Shown here: positions 32,823-42,621 of the stretch, piece by piece | How positions within the stretch are numbered: position 1 is the first letter of the stretch | Layout of the letters: every line of letters begins with the position of its first letter | NCBI GenBank assembly: GCA_003208875.1 | Contig: QCUR01000001.1 | Location: 256,001 to 320,000, forward strand | DNA from: Prochlorococcus sp. AG-679-M23 | Lineage (GTDB): Bacteria > Cyanobacteriota > Cyanobacteriia > PCC-6307 > Cyanobiaceae | Length of the DNA: 64,000 nt | Reading direction: 5' to 3' | The notes under the pieces: generated by a model | What the model was told of the DNA's origin: nothing | Database searches by the model: none | Seen by the model: only the letters and a program-made list of their open reading frames with translations | Made by a program: the position numbers and the translations under genes

Positions 32823-33722
32823 CTAGTTCCAATAACTATCTGTGAATATCTTTAGTTTTTCTTTTGTAAAACTAGGGATATTTTCTTTTTGAGTTATTAA
32901 ACCATCCTTTAAAGAACAATGGGATTTGCTTTGAGGTCTCTTTATATCGATAACTTTAGCGATTTCAAAGACAATTTTGTTAGCAACTTCAGTATTTGCT
33001 CTGAGATTTTTCAAAACCATGTCTACTGATACTTCCTGATGAGTTTGATGCCAGCAATCATAATCAGTAACCATAGAAAGAGAAGAATAAGCGATCTCAG
33101 CTTCTTTGGCTAATCTTGCTTCAGTGTGATTAGTCATACCTATAATTGAACAACCCCAACTTCTATATAAATTAGATTCTGCTCTGGTAGAGAAGGCGGG
33201 CCCCTCCATTGCTAAATATGTTCCTCCTCTATGTAATTGTCTTCCTCCCGGGATATTTTCTTCGCTAACATTACATAAAATTCCTGACAAGTTCATACAG
33301 AAAGGATCCCCCATAGTTACATGAGCTACGGCTCCTTCATTAAAAAATGTTGCTGGTCTTTTATGAGTTCGATCAATAAATTGATCTGGGATAACAATAT
33401 CAAGGGGCCTGATTTGTTCTTGAAGGGAGCCAACTGCTGATGGAGCGATTATCCACCTCACACCAATTGATCGGAGAGCCCAAATGTTAGCTTTGTATGG
33501 TATTTCTGTAGGATTCAGTTTATGTGTTCTACCGTGTCTCGCTATAAAAGCTATTTCTAAATTACCAGTTTTAAAAAGCCTAATTGAATCAGAAGGTTTA
33601 CCATAAGGTGTATTGACCTCAATTTCTTCATGACATTCTATTTTGTCAATTGAATAGAAACCACTCCCACCAATTACTCCTAATCTTGATTCGTTAATGG
33701 GTAATAAATGCTGTTTATACAT
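32823..33722 (-). CDS. mtnP: 5'-methylthioadenosine phosphorylase
   Basis: GVIGGSG, TPYGKPS, RHGR, EGPAFSTRAES and VTDYDCW. The start was taken at ATG 33722. Confidence 0.93.
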   Translation of the reverse strand: MYKQHLLPINESRLGVIGGSGFYSIDKIECHEEIEVNTPYGKPSDSIRLFKTGNLEIAFIARHGRTHKLNPTEIPYKANIWALRSIGVRWIIAPSAVGSLQEQIRPLDIVIPDQFIDRTHKRPATFFNEGAVAHVTMGDPFCMNLSGILCNVSEENIPGGRQLHRGGTYLAMEGPAFSTRAESNLYRSWGCSIIGMTNHTEARLAKEAEIAYSSLSMVTDYDCWHQTHQEVSVDMVLKNLRANTEVANKIVFEIAKVIDIKRPQSKSHCSLKDGLITQKENIPSFTKEKLKIFTDSYWN

Positions 33723-33731
33723 TGTAATGAA

Positions 33732-35900
33732 ATGACTATTAATCATCTAGTACTAATTGGAGGCGGACATACAAATGTTCTTTTGATGAGAAAATGGTTG
33801 ATGTACCCGAAATTAATGCCAGAAATCCCTATCTCAATTATATCCAGAGATACTAAGTTAGTTTATTCGGCTATGTTCCCTTCTGTTATTTCTAAATCAA
33901 TTTCTTTAGATGAAAGCTTAATCGATATTAGATCTTTGGCTAAAAAGTCAAGAGTAGCTTTCATAAAAGGAGAGGTAATAAATATTGATTTTCAGTTAAA
34001 AAAAATTTTTTTAAAAAATAGACCATCAATTTGTTACTCAAAATTAGTCCTTAATTATGGAAGTCAAACCAAAATTTCAGGAGAATTTGAAGATTTAGTT
34101 AATAATCAAATTGCTTTCCCAATTAAACCTTTTTTTAAGGCTTATGAGTTAATTAAAAACGAAGATAAAAATGATTCTGAAACTGAAAAATCTTTTGTAA
34201 TTGTAGGAAGTGGACTCGCAGCAATTGAAGTTGTTTTCGCCTTGAGAAAAAGATGGAAAAAAAGATCTTTAAAAATTCTATGCAAATTAAATAAAGTAGA
34301 TGATAAAATTTTAAAAACTTTTTACAGATCGAATATAGAAGTAGTTGACAAACTTCCTGTTGACTATGGAAAGATTCTCTTATGTACAGGAAATTCATCA
34401 CCATATTGGGTCCAAAAATATAATTCAGAATTGGATTCAAAAGGACGATTTTTTACAGATCAGAAATTAAGGTTGAAAAATTTTTTCGGAACTTTTGCAA
34501 CTGGTGATTGCGCAGTCATAAAAAACTCTAATAGACCTTCTTCTGGAATATTTGCAGTAAAAGTGTTAAATGTATTGGCAGCTAATATTCAGAAGGAAAT
34601 AAAAGGTGAATCATTAAAAAAATGGTCTCCTCAAAAATTTGGATTGCAAATAGTAAATTCTTATCCTAGGAAGCTTCCGAGAGCTTTTGCTTTTTATGGT
34701 GATATTGTTATTGGGCCTTCTTTTCTGATTTGGTACCTTAAAAATAAAATTGATGAAGGTTTCATAAAGAAATTTCGTATTTTAGATTCGAATATGAATC
34801 AAAAAGTCAAAGAAGGTGGGATGGAAGAATGTAGAGGATGTGCCGCTAAAATTCCTCAAAGTATTTTAAATAAATCTTTGCGAAATGCTCAACTTGAAAA
34901 TTTTGCAACTTCTCCTGAGGATTCTGTTGAAATTTATAAAAATAATCAAGATATTATTCTTCAAAGTGTTGATGGATTTCCGGCGTTGATAAGCGATCCT
35001 TGGCTAAATGCAAAAATTACTGTATTGCATGCATGTTCAGATTTATGGGCTTGCGGAGTAAAACTTTCATCTGTACAGGCCTTAGTATCTCTTCCAAAAG
35101 TAGGAAAAGATTTTCAAAGCTATCTTTTTTCTCATTGTCTAAAAGGGATAAAAACAACAGTTGAAGAACAAGGGGGTAAGTTAATTGGAGGGCATACTTT
35201 TGAGTCAAGAAGTTTTGTTGATAAACCTTATTCTTTGGGAATCGATATTTCTTTAACTGTTCAGGGAGTTTTGAAAAATGGAGCAAAACCATGGTTAAAA
35301 TCCGGTATGAAAAAAGGAGATATTATCCTAATGTCAAGACCTCTAGGCGTGGGAGTTTTTTTTGCTGCTCAAATGCAAAATATTAATTTGAAAGATAGTT
35401 CAGAGGAGATAATGAGAAATTTAGTTACAAGTCAGCAACCATTAATTGAAAAAATTTATTTGCTTCAAGATAAGTTTGGAGAAACATTTATAAATGCAGC
35501 TACTGATGTAACTGGCTACGGACTTATAGGTCACCTTAAAGAGATGATCGATTCATCTAATTTATTAAGGAAAGATAATAAGCTTAAGCCTATTAGGGTT
35601 TTATTAGATTTATTTGCATTTAAAGCTTATCCAGGAGTATTTGATTTAATACACAAAGGAATCAAAAGTTCTCTATTCGAATCAAATAAAGAAATATTTG
35701 ATCAAATTATTGCAGAAAAAAGTAATAAAAGAATTATCGCATTTTCAAAAAAAAATAAAGTTAATAGTCACAGCTTTAAAGAAAAAATCTCATTACTATT
35801 AGATCCACAAACTTGTGGGCCGCTTCTGATATGTTGTGATCCTAAGTATGAAAAATTTTTAAAGGCTGAATGGTATAAGGTCGGAGAAGTAATAAATTGA
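33732..35900 (+). CDS. selD: Selenide,water dikinase fused to an N-terminal FAD/NAD-dependent oxidoreductase domain
   Basis: N-terminal LIGGGH and IVGSGLAAIE. C-terminal CRGCAAK, QSVDGF, GGHT, TDVTGYGLIGH and DPQTCGPLL. Confidence 0.88.
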   Translation: MTINHLVLIGGGHTNVLLMRKWLMYPKLMPEIPISIISRDTKLVYSAMFPSVISKSISLDESLIDIRSLAKKSRVAFIKGEVINIDFQLKKIFLKNRPSICYSKLVLNYGSQTKISGEFEDLVNNQIAFPIKPFFKAYELIKNEDKNDSETEKSFVIVGSGLAAIEVVFALRKRWKKRSLKILCKLNKVDDKILKTFYRSNIEVVDKLPVDYGKILLCTGNSSPYWVQKYNSELDSKGRFFTDQKLRLKNFFGTFATGDCAVIKNSNRPSSGIFAVKVLNVLAANIQKEIKGESLKKWSPQKFGLQIVNSYPRKLPRAFAFYGDIVIGPSFLIWYLKNKIDEGFIKKFRILDSNMNQKVKEGGMEECRGCAAKIPQSILNKSLRNAQLENFATSPEDSVEIYKNNQDIILQSVDGFPALISDPWLNAKITVLHACSDLWACGVKLSSVQALVSLPKVGKDFQSYLFSHCLKGIKTTVEEQGGKLIGGHTFESRSFVDKPYSLGIDISLTVQGVLKNGAKPWLKSGMKKGDIILMSRPLGVGVFFAAQMQNINLKDSSEEIMRNLVTSQQPLIEKIYLLQDKFGETFINAATDVTGYGLIGHLKEMIDSSNLLRKDNKLKPIRVLLDLFAFKAYPGVFDLIHKGIKSSLFESNKEIFDQIIAEKSNKRIIAFSKKNKVNSHSFKEKISLLLDPQTCGPLLICCDPKYEKFLKAEWYKVGEVIN

Positions 35901-35903
35901 TAG

Positions 35904-37151
35904 TTATTTCTTTTTGATCTTATCGATCTCTATATATCTCAACCTTTTAATTTCATCCCCCATTTCTTTCCCCGATTGCCATCCTTCACTTTTTAAAAAT
36001 TCCCCACTTTTTTTTGACTTAATAAATTTATAAACAAATAGCCATTTAAAAAAAGATTTCCAAAATAAACCCCCATTGCAAATTAATAATTTCACTGTCT
36101 CTTCATCTAAATTTTTTGTTTCAATAAATTCAGTCCATTGAGAGGGAGTTAAATAGAGAAATTTTTCTTTTTCATTATCTAATTGATTTGTGATATTTAA
36201 GAAATCTTTAAGAATCTTCTTTTCCTTGCTATTAATAAAAAATCTTTGACAAGTAAGCTCTAAATTTTCTGAATTTTTTAATAAGTAGAGAATATAATTA
36301 CCTTTTAGTTTTTTAATCCACTTTAAACCCCTTAAAAATTTATTATTAATACTAATATTTTTATTTAAAATAGAAATAATTTCCCAATCGTTTAATAAAG
36401 AAAGTATTTTTGCGAGATTATCGTATTTGTATATTTCTGCCAATTCCATCCTGATTCTTATACTTATTCCAGGAGGAAATTTAGATTTAACATCATCTTT
36501 CATAATATCCCAGGGCCATCTTTGGATAATCTTTTGCGATTGTTGAAGTGATTTATTTGAAATTTTAAAATCTAATCTTGAAGCATATCTTGCGCATCTT
36601 ATTAATCTACTAGGGTCATCTTGAATACTATTTTCATGCAGCAAATGCAATTCTTTTTCTTGTATATGTTTTATACCATCAAAGAAATCATAAATTTCTT
36701 GCTTTGAGAATTCAAAAGCTATTGCATTTATACTAAAGTCTCTCCTTTTTAAATCCTCTTTAATATTTGCATGTTTTACGATTGGATTTAATCCTGGAGC
36801 CTCATATCTCTCTTTTCTTGCAGAAGCTATATCAATTTTTAAATCATTGATATTTAGTTCTACAGTGTCGTATATTTCAAATTCTTTTATCAAACAAAGT
36901 TCAACATTTGAGATATTTTTTTTTATGAATTTTGCTAAATCAACAGAAGATCCTTCTGTAACTATATCAATATCAAGTGGATTGAAAAAAGTCTTTTTAT
37001 GAATTTTAGTGATTAATAAATCTCTAATATAGCCACCTACAATTGCAACTTTAACATTATTATTTAATTCAATATACTGAGTAATTATATTAAATAAATT
37101 AAAAGGAATTTTTAATATTGCTGAATTTATATGAGCAGAAATATCATTCAT
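35904..37151 (-). CDS. tRNA nucleotidyltransferase (class II, probably the A-adding type)
   Basis: VGGYIRD, DIDIV, ARKERYEAPG, RRDFSINA and DDPSRLIR. Confidence 0.88.
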   Translation of the reverse strand: MNDISAHINSAILKIPFNLFNIITQYIELNNNVKVAIVGGYIRDLLITKIHKKTFFNPLDIDIVTEGSSVDLAKFIKKNISNVELCLIKEFEIYDTVELNINDLKIDIASARKERYEAPGLNPIVKHANIKEDLKRRDFSINAIAFEFSKQEIYDFFDGIKHIQEKELHLLHENSIQDDPSRLIRCARYASRLDFKISNKSLQQSQKIIQRWPWDIMKDDVKSKFPPGISIRIRMELAEIYKYDNLAKILSLLNDWEIISILNKNISINNKFLRGLKWIKKLKGNYILYLLKNSENLELTCQRFFINSKEKKILKDFLNITNQLDNEKEKFLYLTPSQWTEFIETKNLDEETVKLLICNGGLFWKSFFKWLFVYKFIKSKKSGEFLKSEGWQSGKEMGDEIKRLRYIEIDKIKKK

Positions 37152-37158
37152 GTAAATT

Positions 37159-39567
37159 TCAGTTTATTGCTCTTATTGGAGCTAATCTTGGGTCTAAAAT
37201 TTTGCTCCCTTTATCACCAAACTTTACTGCTAAGGATATTTTTTCGCCACTGCCAAAAATATGTATAATTTCACCTTTGCCAAATTTAGAGTGAATTACT
37301 TTATCTCCAATCAACCAACTTTTTCCTTTACTGGGTCCTGAATATAATTTTCTTACTGCATTTATAGGTCTATTAATAAATTCATTTGAATCGTTTCTAT
37401 CAACTCTTGTTAAACGGCCAAGATGACGATCTCTTCTGATAGAAGCACCACCTGATTGAGGCAATTCCCCGTCAATTAGTTCCTCTGGTATTTCTGACAG
37501 AAATATTGAAGGAATTGTTGCTTCTCGCATGCCTCCCCACAATCTTCTCTCTCTTGCATGTGATAAGAAAACTCTCTCTTTAGCTCTTGTTATACCTACA
37601 TAGCATAATCTTCTTTCTTCTTCTAAAAGAGAAGGAGTATCAATTGACCTGTGACTTGGAAATAAACCTTGTTCTAGTCCAGTTATAAATACATTTTGAA
37701 ATTCTAATCCTTTACTGTTATGGAGAGTCATTAAAGTGACAGAGTTAGGATGATTTTTTTTTGTATCATTATCTGTTGTTAAAGCTGCTGTTGACAAAAA
37801 TCCCTCTACATCTGGGTTCTCGGTCTCTTCTTCAAATTGAGTAGCAGCATTTATTAATTCCTGAAGATTATTTCTTCTATCTTCAGATTCCTCTGAACCA
37901 CTTGTTAATAAATCACTTAAGTAACCGCTTTTTTCTAGAATTAATTGAAGAATTTGAGCAGGCCCCGAGTTCTCTATATAGCAAAGCAGGTCATTCATAA
38001 GCTCTGTGAATTTATTAATGCCCTTTGATGATCTGCCTATAGTCTCATCTAAGCTTTGTTTGTCATTTATGACCTCCCATAAAGGAATGTTCAACTTATT
38101 TGATAGCTCATTAAGCTTTTGAATAGTTGTTTTTCCTATCCCCCTTCTCGGGACATTTATGATTCTTAAAAGGCTTACATTATCTGAAGAATTTACTAAG
38201 ACTTTTAAATAGGCGACAGCATCTTTTACTTCTCTTCTGTCATAAAAACGTAATCCGCCAAAGATTGTATATGGAATTCTCCACCTTACAAGAGATTCTT
38301 CTAATACTCTAGACTGAGCCCTAGTTCTATAGAGGATTGCAAAATTTTTCCAGATTGGTTGATTATTGTAATTATTTAGAGACCTTAATTTTGTTGTTAT
38401 TGCCTCAGCTTCAGATATCTCATCATCGCAGCTAAGCAACTTTAAAAGTTCTCCTTCCTCCCTGGTAGGCATTAAAACTTTATCAATTCTTTCAGTATTA
38501 TTTTCAATCAAAGAGTTTGCAGCGGTAAGAATATTTGATGAAGATCTATAGTTTTCTTCTAATTTAACCAGAGAGGCTTTCTGATCATTATTAGATGAAT
38601 TTTTAAAGTCTTCTTGAAATCCAATTAATATTCTGAAATCTGCCGCCCTAAAACTATAGATACTTTGATCCGCATCTCCGACAACAAAAATTGATCTATC
38701 ATTCCATTCGCAAAATTTGTTTGGTTCAGTATTACCAGCCGTAATTAATTTAATCAGTTCATATTGTGTCCTATTTGTATCTTGATATTCATCAACTAAT
38801 ACATGCTGGAATCTTTTATGCCAGTAATCCCTAACTAAATCATTTTGCCTTAATAAAAACACAGGAAGTAGTAGAAGATCATCAAAGTCTAAAGCATTAT
38901 TTTTGGAGAGAGATATCCTATATCTTCTGTAAGCATCTGCAATTATTTTATCAAAATGATTATCAGCTTTTTCTTCAAGTTCATTAGCTGTAAAACATTG
39001 ATTTTTTGCGTTACTAATAGCTCTCTTAATTTTCTTAGGATCAAATCTTTTTGGATCAAGACTCATATCTTGACCAACAATTTCTTTTATTAGGGTCTGA
39101 GAATCTGTCTCGTCATAAATAGAAAATTGCCGTGTCCAGGTTAGACCTTCAGGATCTTGATATTTTTCTATATCGTATCTTAAAAGTCTTGAAAATAATG
39201 CATGAAAAGTTCCTATCCATAGGTCCCTCAGTCTCTCTTGATCAATATTTGTTCTTAATTGATTCTGATCAAATTCCTTAAGGGTTGACCAAGGCTGTCC
39301 AAATTGATTCAAAGCTATTTGTTGAGCAAGTAGTACTTGAAGTCTTGCTTTCATTTCTTTAGCAGCTTTATTTGTAAAAGTTACTGCGAGAATGTTATAA
39401 GGATCTACAGAGTTATTCTCAATTAAATTAGCAATTCTATGAGTAAGAGCCTTGGTTTTCCCACTACCTGCGCCTGCTACAACTAGCAGTGGCCCATTAA
39501 TATGATTTACTGCTTTTAGTTGTGCATTATTTAATGATTTAAAAAGGAAGTTGTTAGTTTGATGCAC
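37159..39567 (-). CDS. uvrD: UvrD/PcrA DNA helicase
   Basis: AGAGSGKT, TFTNKAA, VDEYQD, VGDADQSIY and EERRLCYVGITRA. Confidence 0.96.
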   Translation of the reverse strand: MHQTNNFLFKSLNNAQLKAVNHINGPLLVVAGAGSGKTKALTHRIANLIENNSVDPYNILAVTFTNKAAKEMKARLQVLLAQQIALNQFGQPWSTLKEFDQNQLRTNIDQERLRDLWIGTFHALFSRLLRYDIEKYQDPEGLTWTRQFSIYDETDSQTLIKEIVGQDMSLDPKRFDPKKIKRAISNAKNQCFTANELEEKADNHFDKIIADAYRRYRISLSKNNALDFDDLLLLPVFLLRQNDLVRDYWHKRFQHVLVDEYQDTNRTQYELIKLITAGNTEPNKFCEWNDRSIFVVGDADQSIYSFRAADFRILIGFQEDFKNSSNNDQKASLVKLEENYRSSSNILTAANSLIENNTERIDKVLMPTREEGELLKLLSCDDEISEAEAITTKLRSLNNYNNQPIWKNFAILYRTRAQSRVLEESLVRWRIPYTIFGGLRFYDRREVKDAVAYLKVLVNSSDNVSLLRIINVPRRGIGKTTIQKLNELSNKLNIPLWEVINDKQSLDETIGRSSKGINKFTELMNDLLCYIENSGPAQILQLILEKSGYLSDLLTSGSEESEDRRNNLQELINAATQFEEETENPDVEGFLSTAALTTDNDTKKNHPNSVTLMTLHNSKGLEFQNVFITGLEQGLFPSHRSIDTPSLLEEERRLCYVGITRAKERVFLSHARERRLWGGMREATIPSIFLSEIPEELIDGELPQSGGASIRRDRHLGRLTRVDRNDSNEFINRPINAVRKLYSGPSKGKSWLIGDKVIHSKFGKGEIIHIFGSGEKISLAVKFGDKGSKILDPRLAPIRAIN

Positions 39568-39605
39568 TTTTTATAGGTTGTATTATTAAAAATTTTTACC
39601 TTATT

Positions 39606-39806
39606 TTAATTTGAAGATTGAGGGTTAGTCTCTAATTCTTTTAATGCTTTTTTTAGGTTTATTAGTTCATTATTATTATTGATAATTTCTTCGAACTTAT
39701 TCTGAGGCATTTTTAATTTAACACTTCTCTCAAGAATTTCTTTTTCTAATCTTTTTTTATAGGAAGAAACAAGTTTTTTTGATAATTTTAATTCTTGTTT
39801 ATCCAA
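39606..39806 (-). CDS. Small hypothetical protein (Lys/Glu-rich, helical)
   Basis: 66-aa ORF with a TTG start that fills the gap upstream of uvrD on the same strand. No motif recognised. Confidence 0.55.
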   Translation of the reverse strand: MDKQELKLSKKLVSSYKKRLEKEILERSVKLKMPQNKFEEIINNNNELINLKKALKELETNPQSSN

Positions 39807-39985
39807 AATTTTAAAGATTAATAGTTCTATCTTAGCGAAAATTTTTTTTAATTTACAGTATTTTGGATATCACTTCGAAATGTGGTTTTGATTAAGAACC
39901 ATTTCGTTTATTTTAAGAGTTAATTATTTTAATTTGCTCTGATCTATTATAAATAAATAGAAATTTCAAGTTTTTAAATTTAAGA

Positions 39986-40513
39986 ATGGCAGTTTCAAAT
40001 AGTAATCAAATTTTATCAAATGATAGAGATTTAGAAAATATAAGTAATAAAAATATTGAAGACATAAAAGAATTTATTAATACTGCAAACTCAAGATTAG
40101 ATGCAATAAATTCAATAACAAATAATTCTCACGCAATTGCCGCTGATGCTGTAACTGCAATGATTTGTGAAAATCAAGATTCAGTTAATACAAAAATATC
40201 TATAGATACCACCAATAAGATGTCTGTTTGTCTAAGAGATGGAGAAATAATTTTAAGGATTGTTTCTTACCTTTTAATTTCTGATGACGAATCAGTTTTA
40301 TCTAAAAACTGTTTAAAGGATCTTAAAAATACTTATTTGGCCCTTGGTGTACCTCTGAAAAATGCCATCCGAGTTTTTGAACTGATGAGAGATGCAACTA
40401 TTTCTGATTTATATTCTACTGTAAATACTATGAAAGGAGAAAAAGAATTTCTTCCTGATTTAATTTCTAATACAGAGTTTCAATTTGAAAGAATAATCAA
40501 TCTTTTAAGATAG
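39986..40513 (+). CDS. cpeB: Phycoerythrin beta subunit (degenerate, HL-type)
   Basis: [27 protein letters not shown] and [15 protein letters not shown] phycobiliprotein beta motifs. Confidence 0.92.
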   Translation: MAVSNSNQILSNDRDLENISNKNIEDIKEFINTANSRLDAINSITNNSHAIAADAVTAMICENQDSVNTKISIDTTNKMSVCLRDGEIILRIVSYLLISDDESVLSKNCLKDLKNTYLALGVPLKNAIRVFELMRDATISDLYSTVNTMKGEKEFLPDLISNTEFQFERIINLLR

Positions 40514-41048
40514 ACATATTTCTTATCTCTGATGTGTGTGAGGTTTGTATTACGGTATTGTTTTCATTATTCCTAATTACTGAATATCTGGATCTAATAT
40601 GATTTGATAAAAAACAAATTCTCTCTTCAGAAGCTGTTGAACTGTATATAGTTTTAATATTTAAGTTCTCATTTTCATCAATCAAATATTCTGATGATGA
40701 AATCACGGATTCAGTATATCCCTTATTACGTAGAATAATTCCCTTATTATTATCCGTTGGTAAAAATAATAATATAGTTTTATCTTGTTCAATTTTTTGA
40801 TCAATCTCCCAATCACTTATTGCCTTCCAACTTATTGATAATGCAATAAAAGAAGGTTTAGAGATATAATTATATTTTTCTAAAAGTCCTAATACATTTT
40901 TATTATTGCTTTCTAGCTCTTTTATTTCTATTTTGCTAGTGGAATTTTCAACTTCCTGAAAAGCCAAAGAGTGAGTGCTTCGTATGGATTTCCACTCTCC
41001 TAAACTTTTTTGAATAAATTGATTAATTGTTATTAGATTCTTCGTCAA
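40497..41048 (-). CDS. cpeS: Phycobiliprotein lyase, CpeS/CpcS family
   Basis: [29 protein letters not shown] and SEIR, adjacent to cpeB. Confidence 0.9.
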   Translation of the reverse strand: MTKNLITINQFIQKSLGEWKSIRSTHSLAFQEVENSTSKIEIKELESNNKNVLGLLEKYNYISKPSFIALSISWKAISDWEIDQKIEQDKTILLFLPTDNNKGIILRNKGYTESVISSSEYLIDENENLNIKTIYSSTASEERICFLSNHIRSRYSVIRNNENNTVIQTSHTSEIRNMSILKD

Positions 41049-41202
41049 GTTTATCTTCTACCGAATGATTGGTAGCTTTTTGAATCATCCTTACCATAGA
41101 ATCTACCATTAGTCTTTTTGCAGAAGTCACTTTTAATCCCGAAGGTGTAGTTGATATTTGTTCTCCAGGACGATCGTATGATGTAGGTCTAAATGGAGTC
41201 AT
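41023..41202 (-). CDS. Small hypothetical protein upstream of cpeS (59 aa)
   Basis: Hand-translated: [59 protein letters not shown]. It overlaps the cpeS start and has coding-like GC. Confidence 0.7.
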   Translation of the reverse strand: MTPFRPTSYDRPGEQISTTPSGLKVTSAKRLMVDSMVRMIQKATNHSVEDKLDEESNNN

Positions 41203-41318
41203 CTAAAAATTTTTAAAATCAACAGAATTATATTCTTACATGAATAGTCATTTTAATGTTGTTGTTTGCGAAAATGTTATATCTTTTATGGATGGTTTTA
41301 GAATTATAAATTCTTGCC

Positions 41319-41954
41319 TTATTTTGGAATTTTTCTTTTTGCTAAACCTGAAATAGTTGCTAAAGCAAACATGCCTAAAAGCGCTATTCCCAGGAATAAA
41401 CCAGCTCCCTGACTGACCCCAGCTCCTACAGCAACAAGAATTGAATCACTGATTAAAAGACTTATTAGTAAAGCTGGGGTGAATATTTTCCACCGAGTAC
41501 CTCCAATGCCGATTGCATAGCTGAGAAAATCAAAAAGTCCAGTCATAAGAAGACCTGTCATTAGGAAGAAATTTTCTTCTAATTGGTTTTGATTAAAACT
41601 TTCAATTCTTTTCATTGCTTTTGAACCTACTAAACCACGTACAGGGCCACGACCAAAATATCTTGCTATGAAGAAAGCTGCTTGGCAAAAAACGATATCA
41701 GAAAAGACAATTGTTATGTAACCCTTTTGGAATCCTAATAAGGAGCCAGCCAAAAGTGAATAGGCCGAACTTGGTAGAGCAGGTAAAATTATACTTACTC
41801 CTCTAAGAACAAATATTCCAAAAGGTGCCCATATTCCCATACTCTCTACCTTGTTCCTTAGAGGTTCGATGCCATAGTTTTGTATGAAATAAATTAATAC
41901 AATAAATATTGTTATAAAAAAAACTACCGAGAGGAATTTTTGAATTTTATTCAT
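41319..41954 (-). CDS. TVP38/TMEM64 (DedA/VTT) family membrane protein
   Basis: PALPS...AGSLLG, FFIARYFGR and FDFLSYAIG with multiple TM segments. Confidence 0.85.
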   Translation of the reverse strand: MNKIQKFLSVVFFITIFIVLIYFIQNYGIEPLRNKVESMGIWAPFGIFVLRGVSIILPALPSSAYSLLAGSLLGFQKGYITIVFSDIVFCQAAFFIARYFGRGPVRGLVGSKAMKRIESFNQNQLEENFFLMTGLLMTGLFDFLSYAIGIGGTRWKIFTPALLISLLISDSILVAVGAGVSQGAGLFLGIALLGMFALATISGLAKRKIPK

Positions 41955-42177
41955 TATTTTCAGAAAATTCTTTAAGAGCTAACTTTTTAAATTAAAATTT
42001 GATTCTATAATAAAAACACTAATCAATAAAATTTTTTACAAAGTTTTTATTCTTATTTTTTTCAATATAGATTTTAAGCAAACTTTATTAGTAAATTCTG
42101 ATCAAAATTGAAAATCAATAAGGTATAGTTGTTAACTTTAAAATTCAATTTATTGATTTCTCATATTAGATTATTTT

Positions 42178-42597
42178 ATGATTCAAGCCAATAATAAATT
42201 TTCATCAATAGTTGTTTTTAATGTTTTTTCTTTGGTTCTTTATATCATTTTCTCTTTTTGCATTTCAATAAAACAATCATATGCTTTTTCTCATGAATGG
42301 GTTGGAGTCCCAATTAGTGAATACGGTGAACAATTATGGGATAGAAAGAGTATTAAAAGGAATGAAGATGGTTCTATTAGAGTATTGAGCAAATTTATTC
42401 CAAAAACTAAAAGTGAAATAACACAAGACATTTTATATACAATGGACATAAACTGTTTTGAGAAATCTTTTAGAGATGTTAATGTTTTCACAGATGAGAA
42501 AAATAGTCGTTTAAATAACCTTGCTGATTGGCAAGATCCAAATGGAGACAAACTAATCTTGGGTGTAATTGGTCAAGTATGTAGAGTTGATAACTAA
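42178..42597 (+). CDS. Exported hypothetical protein (surface-adhesin-E-like pattern)
   Basis: Signal-like N-terminus, W..V......Q.WD..SI, and two Cys (INCFE, QVCR). Confidence 0.65.
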   Translation: MIQANNKFSSIVVFNVFSLVLYIIFSFCISIKQSYAFSHEWVGVPISEYGEQLWDRKSIKRNEDGSIRVLSKFIPKTKSEITQDILYTMDINCFEKSFRDVNVFTDEKNSRLNNLADWQDPNGDKLILGVIGQVCRVDN

Positions 42598-42621
42598 AAA
42601 TTAAAATTTTTAAATATTCAT

